A DNA stretch of 64,000 nt from Chloroflexota bacterium (GTDB taxonomy: Bacteria > Chloroflexota > UBA11872 > VXOZ01), in assembly GCA_964291655.2 (NCBI GenBank), contig OZ219802.1:800001-864000 (forward strand), read 5' to 3'. Position 1 is the stretch's first letter; each line of letters starts with the position of its first letter. A program made the translations under genes and the position numbers. Below are positions 10,027-20,323 of the stretch, piece after piece. The notes beneath the pieces are model-generated. The model saw only the letters and a program-made list of their open reading frames with translations. It was not told the origin of the DNA and searched no databases.

Positions 10027-13000
10027 GGGACCGACTTCCGCATCGGCGCAGTGCCCAACAAAGCCTCGATCTCGTCCTCCACCTCCGGCGTTAGTGCAAT
10101 CCGATCATGAGTCTCCAGGCGCACGTGCGTACCGTTGAGAATAATCCGCAGCGCGACGCGCGTTTCACCGGGATTACGCATCACGACTCCGGCAAGCCGC
10201 TGCAATCGTCCTAAATCCTCCGCGTCATCCGGCGTGCGCTGGAGCACAAGCTCAACCTCCGGCCCCGTCCGATCCACCGGCTCTTCAGCGGGTTGGCTCA
10301 CCTGTTGTTCGGTCTCGTCATCGATCTCCTGCGTCGGGGTAACCGCCACAGGTGTCTCCGCAGCTTCCACTTCCACTTTCTCCGCAGCCTCAGTTTCAGC
10401 CGCTGCAGTTGAAGCTTCCGCAGAATCTGCGGCGCCGACCGGCACCCAATCGGGGAGACCGTCCTCCCGCGCGGATGAAGTATTTTCAACGTTCACGGAG
10501 ACCCTCACCGTCGGATCACCATTTTGCGCAATAGGCTGAGCGCCGTCCCGTTGCTCAGCGGTTGCTTCATCCAGCAGCTCTGCGCTCTCCGCCAGAATAC
10601 GCAGCACGTCGTCACGGCTATCTTGCTCCACGCGCCCTTTCACGACAACGAAGTTGCCGTTTTCAAGCAAGTTCGCGCGCCCTGCGTATAGCTTGGGAAA
10701 GACGGTTACGTCGATCTGGCCATTCTCGTCTTCTAGAGTAAGCATTGCCATATTCTGACCCTTACGGGTGAATATCTTGCGCACAGACCCAACGCGCCCT
10801 GCCAACGTGATTCGCTTGCCCTCACGCTCCTGCGTCACCTCCGCCGTAGTCATGTCGGCCACTGCGCGCATTCGTTCGATATGCGGTTTGAATGGGTTCT
10901 CTGAGAGGTAATCGCCGAGCAGTTCCTTCTCCCAGATGCCCTTTTCTTCCGGTGTAGCGGGCTCAGTTTCAGGGAGAGTGAAACTGGTGAGCATGGCTGC
11001 CTGCTCCTCGCCTAAGAACGTCTCGAAGAGCGTCGGACCCTGATTGCTAATGCTCTGTGCTTTCTGCGAGGATGCAAGCACGTCGTCCAAACTCGCCAGG
11101 AGGGCTGCCCGGTCACCCATGCTATCCAGCGCCCCAACTTTAATGAGGCTCTCCAAGGCGCGTCGGTTCACGACCCGTTGGTCGATACGTAGGCAAAAGT
11201 CGTAGAAATCTTGGTAGAGTTCCTCCGCCCGCTCAGCGGCAATTGCTTTGGCCGCAGCCGTTCCCACGTTCTTGACCGCGGCGAGGCCGAAAAAGATCGT
11301 ACCTTCCTTGACCGCAAAATTGGACTCGCTCCCGTTTACATCCGGCGGGGCTACCGCAACATCCAACCTGCTGCACTCGCGCACTGCTTCAATGATCTTG
11401 TCAGAATTCCCAAGCTCCGTACTCAAGACCGCCGTCATGTATTCGGCGGGGTAGTTTGCCTTGAGGTAGGCGGTCTGGTACGCAATCGTGCCATAGCACG
11501 TGGCGTGGGCTTGATTGAATCCGTACCGCGCAAAAGGTTCGAAGTCGTCGAAGATCGCCTCCGCGACATTCTTCGAGAGGCCGTTTGCCACGGCTCCGTT
11601 GACAAACCGCTCGCGATGCTCTTGCAATTCATGCGCAATTTTCTTGCGGACGGCGTAGCACAACTTATCCGCTTCCGCCAGCGTATAGCCGGCCACCGCC
11701 TGCGCTACGGCCATAACGTCCTCTTGGTAGACCATAATGCCGTACGTGCTCTCCAGCACTGCAGACATCAATGGATGCCGTGCCGTAGCCTGTTCGCGGC
11801 CGTGACGTCTGGCGACGTACTGCGGGATGTATGCCATGGGGCCTGGACGATACAGCGCCACCAGCGCCATGACGTCCTCGATGCGGTCCGGTTGCAGGTC
11901 TTTCACGTAGCGCCGCATGCCGTCGGACTCCAACTGGAAGACGCCGGTCGTCTCTCCCGAAGAGAGCAGTTCAAACGTCTTGCTATCGTCCAGCGGAATC
12001 TCTCTGAGACCTATGGTTTCACCTCGGGTCTCCGCAATGAATCGCACCGCGCGGTCCAGCACGGTGAGGTTGCGCAAGCCGAGAAAGTCCATCTTGAGCA
12101 ACCCGATCTTCTCGATAGCGTTCATTTCAAACTGGGTCATGACGCCATCGTCGCCGACGTTGCGCTGCAAGGGCACGTACTCGGTAAGCGGCTCCCGCGA
12201 AATCACCACGCCCGCCGCATGGGTGGACGCATGGCGTGCCACGCCTTCCAGGTTCTTGGCCAAGTCAAGCAGGCGCTGCACCTGCGGTTCTTCGTTCGCG
12301 ACGTGCTGCAGGTCCGGTGAGTCTCGCAGCGCGTCATCCACCGTGGACATGATGGGGACTAGCTTGGCAACGCGATCCACGTCGCCGTACGTCATGCCGA
12401 GCGCCCGACCCACGTCGCGGACGGCGGCCCGCGCCTTCATCGTGCCAAACGTAATGATTTGCGCCACGTGATCGGCGCCGTATTTCTCCGTCACGTATTC
12501 GATGACCTCGTCGCGGCGCACGTCCATGAGGTCTACGTCGATGTCCGGCATGGTGTAGCGCGAGGGGTTAAGAAAGCGCTCGAAGATAAGGCCGTAGTGC
12601 AAAGGATCGATGTCCGTAATGCCGGCGGTGTAGCAGACCAGACTGCCCGCTGCAGAACCCCGCACTGTAGTTGGAATCCCTTGCTCTTTGGCCCAATTGA
12701 CAAAGTCGGCGGCGATAAGAAGGTACGAGGAAAAGCCCATCTCCCCAATCACGTCCAGTTCGTACTTCAATCGCTCGTGGGCCGAGGCAGCGGCATCGGG
12801 ATAGAGCTTTTCTAGTCCTGCCGTGCAGACCTCTTTCAAATAGGAACGGGCGTCATGCCCCTCCGGCACTTCGAAATGGGGCAGGATGCGCTGATCGAGG
12901 GCCAGCTCAACATTGCACTGCTCCGCGATCTTCACGGTGTTCGTCAGGGCTTCGGGAAACTCCGCAAACCGCTCCCACATCTCGTCGGCGCTGCGTAGAT

Positions 13001-13730
13001 AAAACTCCTCGGTCTCCATGCGCATGCGGTTGGCATCGTTGACGTTGCTGTTGGTCTGGATGCACAGGAGCACGTCGTGGGCTTCAGCATCCTCACGGCG
13101 GGTGTAGTGCCCGTCGTTCGTGGCCACCAGCGGCAGTTCGAGGTCCCGCGCCAGCTCTACGAGCTTTGCGGTAACTTCCTGCTCCCACTCCATGCCATGG
13201 TCTTGTATCTCGATATAGAAGTTTTCCGCGCCAAAAACGTCGCGGTAATGGAGCGCCACATCCCGCGCCTTCTCCATATTTCCGTCACGGAGTGCACGCG
13301 GAATCTCCCCGGACGGACAACCGGATAGACAGATGAGGCCCTCGCTATATTGTTCCAGCAATTCGTGGTCCACGCGCGGCTTATAGTAAAAGCCCTCGAG
13401 CTGCGCCTGTGTTGCCAGCTTGACCAGATTGCTGTAGCCCTCATTGTTCTTCGCCAGCAGCGTGAGGTGGTACTGCCGGTCGTCCACCTTCGGCTCGCGG
13501 TCGAAGCGCGAGCGTGTCGCCACGTAGACCTCGCAACCCAAGATGGGCTTGATGCCCCGGCTGCGGGCCTCTTCATAGAACTCGATGGCGCCGTACAGCA
13601 CGCCGTGATCGGTGAGCGCGATGGCCTCAAAGCCCAATTCCTTGGCGCAATCCATCAACTCCGGCATGCGGCTCATGCCATCCAACAAGCTGTAATGCGT
13701 ATGCAGATGCAGGTGGGTGAATTGCTTCAT
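10023..13730 (-). CDS. dnaE: DNA polymerase III subunit alpha
   Basis: HLHLHTHYSLLDG PHP motif, FERFLNP, PDIDVD, GVFQLES, YGFNQAH, OB fold. Confidence 0.98.
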   Translation of the reverse strand: MKQFTHLHLHTHYSLLDGMSRMPELMDCAKELGFEAIALTDHGVLYGAIEFYEEARSRGIKPILGCEVYVATRSRFDREPKVDDRQYHLTLLAKNNEGYSNLVKLATQAQLEGFYYKPRVDHELLEQYSEGLICLSGCPSGEIPRALRDGNMEKARDVALHYRDVFGAENFYIEIQDHGMEWEQEVTAKLVELARDLELPLVATNDGHYTRREDAEAHDVLLCIQTNSNVNDANRMRMETEEFYLRSADEMWERFAEFPEALTNTVKIAEQCNVELALDQRILPHFEVPEGHDARSYLKEVCTAGLEKLYPDAAASAHERLKYELDVIGEMGFSSYLLIAADFVNWAKEQGIPTTVRGSAAGSLVCYTAGITDIDPLHYGLIFERFLNPSRYTMPDIDVDLMDVRRDEVIEYVTEKYGADHVAQIITFGTMKARAAVRDVGRALGMTYGDVDRVAKLVPIMSTVDDALRDSPDLQHVANEEPQVQRLLDLAKNLEGVARHASTHAAGVVISREPLTEYVPLQRNVGDDGVMTQFEMNAIEKIGLLKMDFLGLRNLTVLDRAVRFIAETRGETIGLREIPLDDSKTFELLSSGETTGVFQLESDGMRRYVKDLQPDRIEDVMALVALYRPGPMAYIPQYVARRHGREQATARHPLMSAVLESTYGIMVYQEDVMAVAQAVAGYTLAEADKLCYAVRKKIAHELQEHRERFVNGAVANGLSKNVAEAIFDDFEPFARYGFNQAHATCYGTIAYQTAYLKANYPAEYMTAVLSTELGNSDKIIEAVRECSRLDVAVAPPDVNGSESNFAVKEGTIFFGLAAVKNVGTAAAKAIAAERAEELYQDFYDFCLRIDQRVVNRRALESLIKVGALDSMGDRAALLASLDDVLASSQKAQSISNQGPTLFETFLGEEQAAMLTSFTLPETEPATPEEKGIWEKELLGDYLSENPFKPHIERMRAVADMTTAEVTQEREGKRITLAGRVGSVRKIFTRKGQNMAMLTLEDENGQIDVTVFPKLYAGRANLLENGNFVVVKGRVEQDSRDDVLRILAESAELLDEATAEQRDGAQPIAQNGDPTVRVSVNVENTSSAREDGLPDWVPVGAADSAEASTAAAETEAAEKVEVEAAETPVAVTPTQEIDDETEQQVSQPAEEPVDRTGPEVELVLQRTPDDAEDLGRLQRLAGVVMRNPGETRVALRIILNGTHVRLETHDRIALTPEVEDEIEALLGTAPMRKSVP

Positions 13731-14647
13731 GCGGGGACACGGCTCCCGGGACCGGCTCTACGTCAAGAGGGAAATTAACTCGGTTAAGAATACCTGGAAT
13801 GCGGAGAGAATGAAAGCGAATAACAGTCTTGACGGCTTGTGCTACCAGACCTACAATCCGCTCGATTCCGCTTGCCGTAAGGGTATCGCAAAGATGAGAC
13901 AAGCTTTCAAGAAAATGCCGGATCCGATTGATCTGCCTACAGCCAGATTCCACGGTCGCCAAGACTCAGAAGGCGCCAAAGTCTATCGATCCCACGAGTA
14001 TTATCTGTGTCTTATGCCATCATTGCCACAAGAGACCTGTCCCTTGCCGGATGCGAGCGAGAATCCATCCGGCACATACCCCAATTGCTCCCGGCCACGT
14101 CCATTTCGTCTAAGCGGCGACCTATGCACAAGCTTGGTCGCAGGCGCAGAATACGCTACACACGGAACCCCAGTGTTCGATGTGACTTCGCCTCTCCCTC
14201 GAGGAAACGCTCATGTATCACTGTTCATTGACGAGCGGTTTTCCTCCTCTGCCTGGGAGGCCGTCTCATAGGTCGACTCGATAAGCTAAATCGTGCTTCG
14301 ACAAGCCTGTACTGAGCTTGCCGAAGTGCTCAGCACGAACGGATCATTGCCTGTTACGTTCGCCCCCGTATCGAGTACGGGGCAGGCTCTGAGCCTGTCG
14401 AAGGGCAAGTCTAAACGGAGCGATGCGTTTATGAGACGGCCGACCGGGGAAGAGGGCCGGGGTGAGGGGTATTCTTCACCGTTCCCACCCACTCTCGCGC
14501 ACTCCTTTGGAAAGCGCCTTGGTCTCTACTGCAGGGCTGCCACCCTCACCCCCGTAGCATGATCGGGGCGATCTCTTACACTCTCCCGGCGGAGACCCTT
14601 GCGTTTCATATAACAAGGACGATCGGCTTACCCCTCTCCTCGGGGAG

Positions 14648-14935
14648 TGTATAGACCGGGGACATGGGTAACAGTTGTTCGGGCTCATAGGTAACACCAT
14701 AGAACGAGGGGGTTTTCGTAGTATGCGATGTCCTTGCCTTGAAAGTTAGATCCACTCAATATCCTTATGCACACTGTTTGTTTCTCTGGCACAAGCTGAC
14801 AGGCGGAAAGTGAGTGCACTGTGTCGCCAGTCTCTTATCAAACCCGGACCAACCCAATGCTCTCGTAGGTGTCAATCAGTAAAATGTGTAACCCATGTCC
14901 CCGAACAACTGTTACCTATGTCCCCGGTCTGTACA
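14648..14935. mobile_element. 288-bp non-autonomous MITE with IS481-family ends
   Basis: TGT...ACA termini with ~50-nt IRs closely matching the IS at 35518-36782; flanked by direct repeat GGGAG (14643-14647 / 14936-14940); no transposase. Confidence 0.85.
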
Positions 14936-15041
14936 GGGAGAGGGCCGGGGTGAGGGGCATTCTTCACCGTTCTCACCCATTCTCGCGCACTCCTTTGGGA
15001 AGCGCCATGGTCTCCGTGCGAGTGCTCACTCGCGGGAAGTC

Positions 15042-16043
15042 TTACTGCTCGCACACAACCCCATCACCGTCACCGTCGCGCGGCGGGTCGGCAATGATCT
15101 CTATTGGGAAGCCGCGGCCGTCGCCATTACTTCCCTGCACGCGCTCTACCCCCGCCGCCTCAGCCGCCGCACAGCTTGCATACACCGTTGGGGTAGCAGT
15201 AGGCGTCGGCGTTGCGGTGGACGTAGGAGTAGGCGTGGGCGTGGGTGTCGCTGTTGGGGTGGGTGTCGCTGTTGGCGTTGGAGTCGGGGTTGGCGTCGGC
15301 GTAGGAGTAGGGAGTACTATTTCCGGTGTCTCGTCGCACTTCTCTAACATCGTGCCCAGCGCTGCGACCTCGGCATCATCCGCGCTGAGCTCCCAGAACA
15401 CTTTGACCGCAATCCAATCTTGCGCATATTGACACCACGCCGATTCTGCAGGCGGCTTCCATACTGCCGGATCTCGCGCGCCCTTCGAGCGGTTGCTCGA
15501 AGCCGACACCGCAGTCAAAGTCTGCGACAAGATCAGATCGTTTGCGTATGCGTAGCGCCGCGCATAAGACCACCGCCATCCCCCCGACTCGTGTACTTCT
15601 GCCAGCGGCACCATGTGATCGATGTCTATGCCAGATGCCTCCGTGATCGTCGTCCCGTCATACCATGACAACCACGTACCGTCGGGCACGCAGGACTCAT
15701 CCTCCGTTTCAAGCGTTTGCGCTTCGGCTACCAGGACCTCCTCGCGTGTGTTACAGCCATCGTCATCGACGTCGTCCCAGCCGCCTTGCTCGTACATCCA
15801 GCGACCGTAGTCTATGCCTCCGTCGGATTCCGGAGCAGTCTTGAGCTGTAGCCCCGCAATCTCCGTCGTAGTTGGCGTAGCCCGCTCCGGCACGCAATTG
15901 TCCTCGTAAAACTGGTCTACTCCCAGCCAACCCGCGACTTTTAGACTCTCCCGCACGGTATTGAGTTGCGTACAAAGCTCCGTCGTAGGACCCGAATCGA
16001 TAGTAATAGCAAACCATACTGACGCTAAGATTAGCGCAAACAT
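15042..16043 (-). CDS. Secreted DUF1524/HNH-type nuclease with Pro-Thr linker and C-terminal Excalibur Ca-binding domain
   Basis: N-terminal hydrophobic segment; CNTREEVL, DIDHMVPL, YAND, SNRSKG, WCQYA; (PT)n linker; YASCAAA...RDGDGDGVVCE. Confidence 0.82.
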   Translation of the reverse strand: MFALILASVWFAITIDSGPTTELCTQLNTVRESLKVAGWLGVDQFYEDNCVPERATPTTTEIAGLQLKTAPESDGGIDYGRWMYEQGGWDDVDDDGCNTREEVLVAEAQTLETEDESCVPDGTWLSWYDGTTITEASGIDIDHMVPLAEVHESGGWRWSYARRYAYANDLILSQTLTAVSASSNRSKGARDPAVWKPPAESAWCQYAQDWIAVKVFWELSADDAEVAALGTMLEKCDETPEIVLPTPTPTPTPTPTPTATPTPTATPTPTPTPTSTATPTPTATPTVYASCAAAEAAGVERVQGSNGDGRGFPIEIIADPPRDGDGDGVVCEQ

Positions 16044-16228
16044 ATTCCACCCTTTTTGTATCCACTAGCACGTCCGCTCCCAAACGGACGCACAAGTACC
16101 CACTATCCCCGCGCTTCATTAGAAGCGCGCTCTTGCAAACCACCCACAACAAGCAGAGTGGCCTCTCCTTGCTGCATTCTCGATCCCACTCTTTGGGGTT
16201 GTCTCGGTTACCACCACACGAGACAGGT

Positions 16229-17653
16229 CTATTCGTCTGCGGGACCTCCTACTGCCCATCGTTCAGCAAGCCTGTAGAGTCCCATGCCGTGTGACCCCTT
16301 AATCAACACGACGTCTTGCGGGTTCACCTCCGCTGCCAAGAGCGACTCCGCAGATTTCAAGGCAGCTTCCAGTGCATCATCGTCAACATGATTCGCCGCA
16401 AACTCTGAGATTTGGGCCGGGTCCATGCCTGCCGCACGGGCGCCCGCCGCAGTTTCGGAACTGTCGTCGCCGATCGTTATCAAGCGATCAGCAAGACGCC
16501 CTGCAGCCTGACCCAAGAGACGATGCTCTTCAGCCGTAAATTCCCCTAACTCCAACATGTCACCGAATACCGCGATGCTCTTGCCTTGCCCACCTAGCTG
16601 CGCAAGCGATTCCAGGGCAAGCGTGGCGGAGACGCGGTTGGCGTTGTAGGCATCATCGAGCAACACCGATCCATTGCGTCCCTGCCGCACCTGCAGGCGG
16701 CCCGGCGCAGGAGTGACTTTCGCCAGCCCTTGCGCTATCTCGTCCAACGTCAAACCAAACTCACGTCCCACGGCTGTCGCGGCGAGTGCGGCGTAAACTC
16801 CGGCTTGGCCCAGCACTCGCGTTTTCATTTGTCTCTTTTCAGATCCGGTACTCACGTCAAACTGCGTCCAGCCATCAGGCAAAGTATTCACGTTCTGAGC
16901 CGTAAAGTCCGTCCCTCCCTCAATTCCATAGGTAATGACATCTGAGCTTGTATTGGCGGACATTTGCCTTACGCGCGGATCGTCCCCGTTGAGTACAGCC
17001 GTGCCGCGCGCCGGCAGAGCTTGAACCAACTCAGACTTGGCATGCTGCACGCGGTCAAGCGATCCAAAAAGTTCAAGATGAACGGGACCCACCGCCGTTA
17101 CCACGCCGACGTGGGGACGGATTTTGCGGCAGTAGCCGGCAATTTCACCGCGCCATTGGGCTCCCATCTCCAACACCAGTACTTCGTCCTCCGGCCTGCA
17201 ACGCACGACCGTCCGCGGGATCCCAATCTCGTTATTCTCAGTTCCAAGTGCACTGCATACTGCAAAGCGTTCTGCCAATACGCTCGCTATTGCTTCTTTC
17301 GTCGTCGTCTTGCCGTAACTGCCCGTTACCGCCACAATGCGCAGGCCGGGCCGCTGCCGCACCAAATAGGAGGCGAGCTTCCACGCGGCATCGTTTGGGT
17401 TCCTCACCCGGATCTGTGGTATGTCAACATCAGAACGCGGCCGTTGGCAGAGAACCGCAGCCGCACCCTTCTGCGCTGCATTGGGAATGAATTCATGTCC
17501 GTCACGCTGATCCGTGCGCAACGCGAGAAAGACCTCGCCCGGCTGCAGAATGCGGGAATCATGGCATAGACCCGTACAGGGTAAGCGCGCCGCCTCCAGA
17601 CCACGGGGCGGTTCGCGGCGTAGCGCTCGGTAGAGGTCGGCCAAGTAGAACAA
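16229..17653 (-). CDS. murF: UDP-N-acetylmuramoyl-tripeptide--D-alanyl-D-alanine ligase
   Basis: DSR, DGHEFI, VTGSYGKTTTKE, NNEIG, EMG, DDAYNAN, GDMLELG, LIKGS. Confidence 0.93.
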   Translation of the reverse strand: MFYLADLYRALRREPPRGLEAARLPCTGLCHDSRILQPGEVFLALRTDQRDGHEFIPNAAQKGAAAVLCQRPRSDVDIPQIRVRNPNDAAWKLASYLVRQRPGLRIVAVTGSYGKTTTKEAIASVLAERFAVCSALGTENNEIGIPRTVVRCRPEDEVLVLEMGAQWRGEIAGYCRKIRPHVGVVTAVGPVHLELFGSLDRVQHAKSELVQALPARGTAVLNGDDPRVRQMSANTSSDVITYGIEGGTDFTAQNVNTLPDGWTQFDVSTGSEKRQMKTRVLGQAGVYAALAATAVGREFGLTLDEIAQGLAKVTPAPGRLQVRQGRNGSVLLDDAYNANRVSATLALESLAQLGGQGKSIAVFGDMLELGEFTAEEHRLLGQAAGRLADRLITIGDDSSETAAGARAAGMDPAQISEFAANHVDDDALEAALKSAESLLAAEVNPQDVVLIKGSHGMGLYRLAERWAVGGPADE

Positions 17654-17999
17654 GTGTGGCGTGCTCCCTCTAAGTTGAGTGCTGGCTATCGTTGGGCGGG
17701 GTGGGGATGACTTGCAAGTAGAATACCACTGTTGTAATAGTACTCACGACCGGCCCGCCGGTCTGCACAGTACCTGGTAACGGATTGGCGACAACCGGCT
17801 TCCCGAGGTGTTCGCAGTTCTCATGCCGGAATACCGCATGCAGACACCATGCGACGCCTCAGCTTCCATCCCAAATTACATAACGTCACGAGGGCCAAAA
17901 CGGCTCCCCAAGTCTCTATCCCCTTGTGCCACACACCGTTAACGTCAGAGCCCTGACGGCATGGCCCGATACCAATCCCTATGAGAGTCTACGCCAACC

Positions 18000-18008
18000 T
18001 GCTATAAT
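18000..18008 (+). promoter_or_regulatory. Extended -10 promoter (TGnTATAAT) for ddl
   Basis: TGCTATAAT about 50 nt upstream of the ddl ATG. Confidence 0.5.
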
Positions 18009-18058
18009 GATGCCACCTCACGTCAGCATAGCAAACGGACACCGGTGCTTCTTTCACT

Positions 18059-19168
18059 ATGAGCAACAAGCTCCGTGTCGGCCTGTTGTTTGGCGGCCGT
18101 TCAGCAGAACATGACGTATCGGTGATATCTGCCCGTTCGGTATTAGCAGCGCTCGACCCAAGCAAGTACGAGGTGGTGCCCATCGGTATCACACGCGAGG
18201 GGACTTGGCTGTTGAATGTTGATCCACAACGCGCTCTTGCGGACCAAATGGATCCTTCCACTGACGGCAATTCGTCACAACTTGCGTTCAGTCCTGACGC
18301 CGCCTTGGCACACCGCAGCTCGCCCCAGGATTCCAGCAGTCAATCCATCGCCCGCGCACTGGATGTCGTACTGCCAATACTTCACGGACCCAACGGCGAA
18401 GATGGCAGCATCCAGGGCTTCCTGCAGCTCGCCAAAGTCCCCTACGTGGGCTGCGACGTACTCAGTTCGGCCTTGGGCATGGACAAGATCGTACAAAAGA
18501 AGCTCTTTAGTCACGCCGGACTACCGATTGTTGACTTCCTGGCCCTGGCCCGGCGCCAATGGCGGTCCCGGCCTACGGATAGCTTGGAAGAGATAGAAGC
18601 AAGCCTTAGCTATCCGCTCTTTGTAAAGCCTGCTGCCCTCGGCTCGAGCGTAGGCATCTCGAAAGTCCATAATCGAGACGAAATCGGCCCTGCTCTCGAT
18701 ACCGCGGCGCGCTACGACCGCAGAATCATCGTCGAAGCTGCGGTTCCCCATGCCCGGGAAATCGAACTCTCCGTGCTTGGCAATCATGCGCCGATCGTCT
18801 CCGTGCCGGGCGAAATCGTGGCGGCCCACGAATTCTATGACTACGCGGCCAAGTACGAAGCCGACTCCGCTCTGCACGTGCCGGCGCCTATTGCTGAAGA
18901 ACTCACCACAGAGCTTCAGGACCTCTCAATTCGCGCCTTCCAGGCGCTTGAGTGTTGCGGCATGGCGCGCGTTGACTTTCTCATCAACGGTGAGACCGGG
19001 GCGGTATACGTGAATGAGATCAACACCATACCCGGGTTCACGCCGATTAGTATGTATCCCAAGCTCTGGGAAGCTTCAGGGTTATCATACCCGGACCTGC
19101 TGGACGAATTGATCAGGTTAGCGCAGGAGCGCTTTCAGGAAGTAAACGATCAGGAGACCGCGCGCTAA
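18059..19168 (+). CDS. ddl: D-alanine--D-alanine ligase
   Basis: GGRSAEHDVS, LHGPNGEDG, MDK, GSSVGISKV, FYDYAAKY, NEINTIPGFT. Confidence 0.97.
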   Translation: MSNKLRVGLLFGGRSAEHDVSVISARSVLAALDPSKYEVVPIGITREGTWLLNVDPQRALADQMDPSTDGNSSQLAFSPDAALAHRSSPQDSSSQSIARALDVVLPILHGPNGEDGSIQGFLQLAKVPYVGCDVLSSALGMDKIVQKKLFSHAGLPIVDFLALARRQWRSRPTDSLEEIEASLSYPLFVKPAALGSSVGISKVHNRDEIGPALDTAARYDRRIIVEAAVPHAREIELSVLGNHAPIVSVPGEIVAAHEFYDYAAKYEADSALHVPAPIAEELTTELQDLSIRAFQALECCGMARVDFLINGETGAVYVNEINTIPGFTPISMYPKLWEASGLSYPDLLDELIRLAQERFQEVNDQETAR

Positions 19169-19211
19169 GGCGCATAATGGGGGCAAAGGAACATGAGAAG
19201 GGGCAGCCGCA

Positions 19212-20162
19212 ATGGTTAATGGCGACATCAAGATATTCTCGGGTATGGCCAACAATCCATTGGCAGCCGAGATGGCCGACCTGCTCGGGACGGGTCTCGG
19301 TGAGGTCAACATTCAAGAGGCTCCGGACTCTGAGACGCTGGTAATGGTGAACGAAAGTGTGCGCGGCTGCGACGTATACGTCGTGCAACCAACCTCGGCG
19401 CCCGTGAATGACAACTTGATGCAACTCTTGCTCATTGTTGACGCGCTGCGCCGCGCTTCCGCCAAGCGCATAACCGCGGTGATACCCTACTTTGGCTATT
19501 CCCGCCAGGAACGGATGGCCCACGGGCGCGAGCCGATCAGCGCCAAGGTGGTGGCGGACATGCTCCAATCCGTTGGCGTGAACCGCATCATCCTCACCGA
19601 CATCCATGCACCTGCGATGCAGGGCTTCTTCAATATCCCGTTCGAAACCCTCTCGGCTGTACCCCTGATCATCGACTATTTGAAGCAACAAGACCTTTCG
19701 GATTCCGTCATTGTCGCGCCGGACGTCGGCCGCGCCAAGCTTGCCGAGCAGTACGCGGAACGCTTGGGGGTGCCCCTAGCCCTAATCCACAAGGCTCGCG
19801 AATCCGCCACCACGTCGCGGATCGTCGGCATGATAGGCGACCTAAAGGGTAAGTCGCCTATAATCATCGATGACATCATCACCACGGGCGGTACCATCGT
19901 CGAGACCGCCCACGCCGTCATCAACGCCGGCGCCAGACCTCGGTTGCGCTTGGCGGCAGTACACGGTCTGCTTGCCGGCACTGCTCCGGACCGGCTGAAT
20001 CTCGACTTCATCCAAGAGGTGATCCTCACCGATACTGTGCACATTCCGTCAGATAAGATTACGCCCAATATGACTATCCTCTCGGTGGCACAACTCTTCG
20101 CCGAAGCCATACACCGCGTGCACAATGAGACCTCGGTGAGCGGACTCTACCTCCTCACGTAA
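19212..20162 (+). CDS. prs: Ribose-phosphate pyrophosphokinase
   Basis: NESVRGCDV, VNDNLMQLL, PYFGYSRQ, DIHA, PRPP-binding IIDDIITTGGT. Confidence 0.95.
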   Translation: MVNGDIKIFSGMANNPLAAEMADLLGTGLGEVNIQEAPDSETLVMVNESVRGCDVYVVQPTSAPVNDNLMQLLLIVDALRRASAKRITAVIPYFGYSRQERMAHGREPISAKVVADMLQSVGVNRIILTDIHAPAMQGFFNIPFETLSAVPLIIDYLKQQDLSDSVIVAPDVGRAKLAEQYAERLGVPLALIHKARESATTSRIVGMIGDLKGKSPIIIDDIITTGGTIVETAHAVINAGARPRLRLAAVHGLLAGTAPDRLNLDFIQEVILTDTVHIPSDKITPNMTILSVAQLFAEAIHRVHNETSVSGLYLLT

Positions 20163-20323
20163 AGCCACCCACTGGCGTATCCGAGAGCGCAGATACGCAA
20201 ACTGCCAGACTGACTTTGGCAAAACCGTCCCAATTGTAGGCGCGGTTACAAAAAAACGTCTCTACTTTCGTTATACTGGGCATGGATAGGGGAGTAGTGC
20301 GTTGCGTGGTAAGGGCTTATCCT

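Noticed and set aside
13717-14271. 184-aa plus-strand ORF upstream of dnaE
   Set aside because: No recognisable motif, atypical composition, overlaps the dnaE start and promoter region, and contains a palindromic repeat; likely spurious.
14869-15432. ORF with a VGVGV repeat
   Set aside because: Antisense reading of the Pro-Thr linker of the nuclease plus the MITE end.
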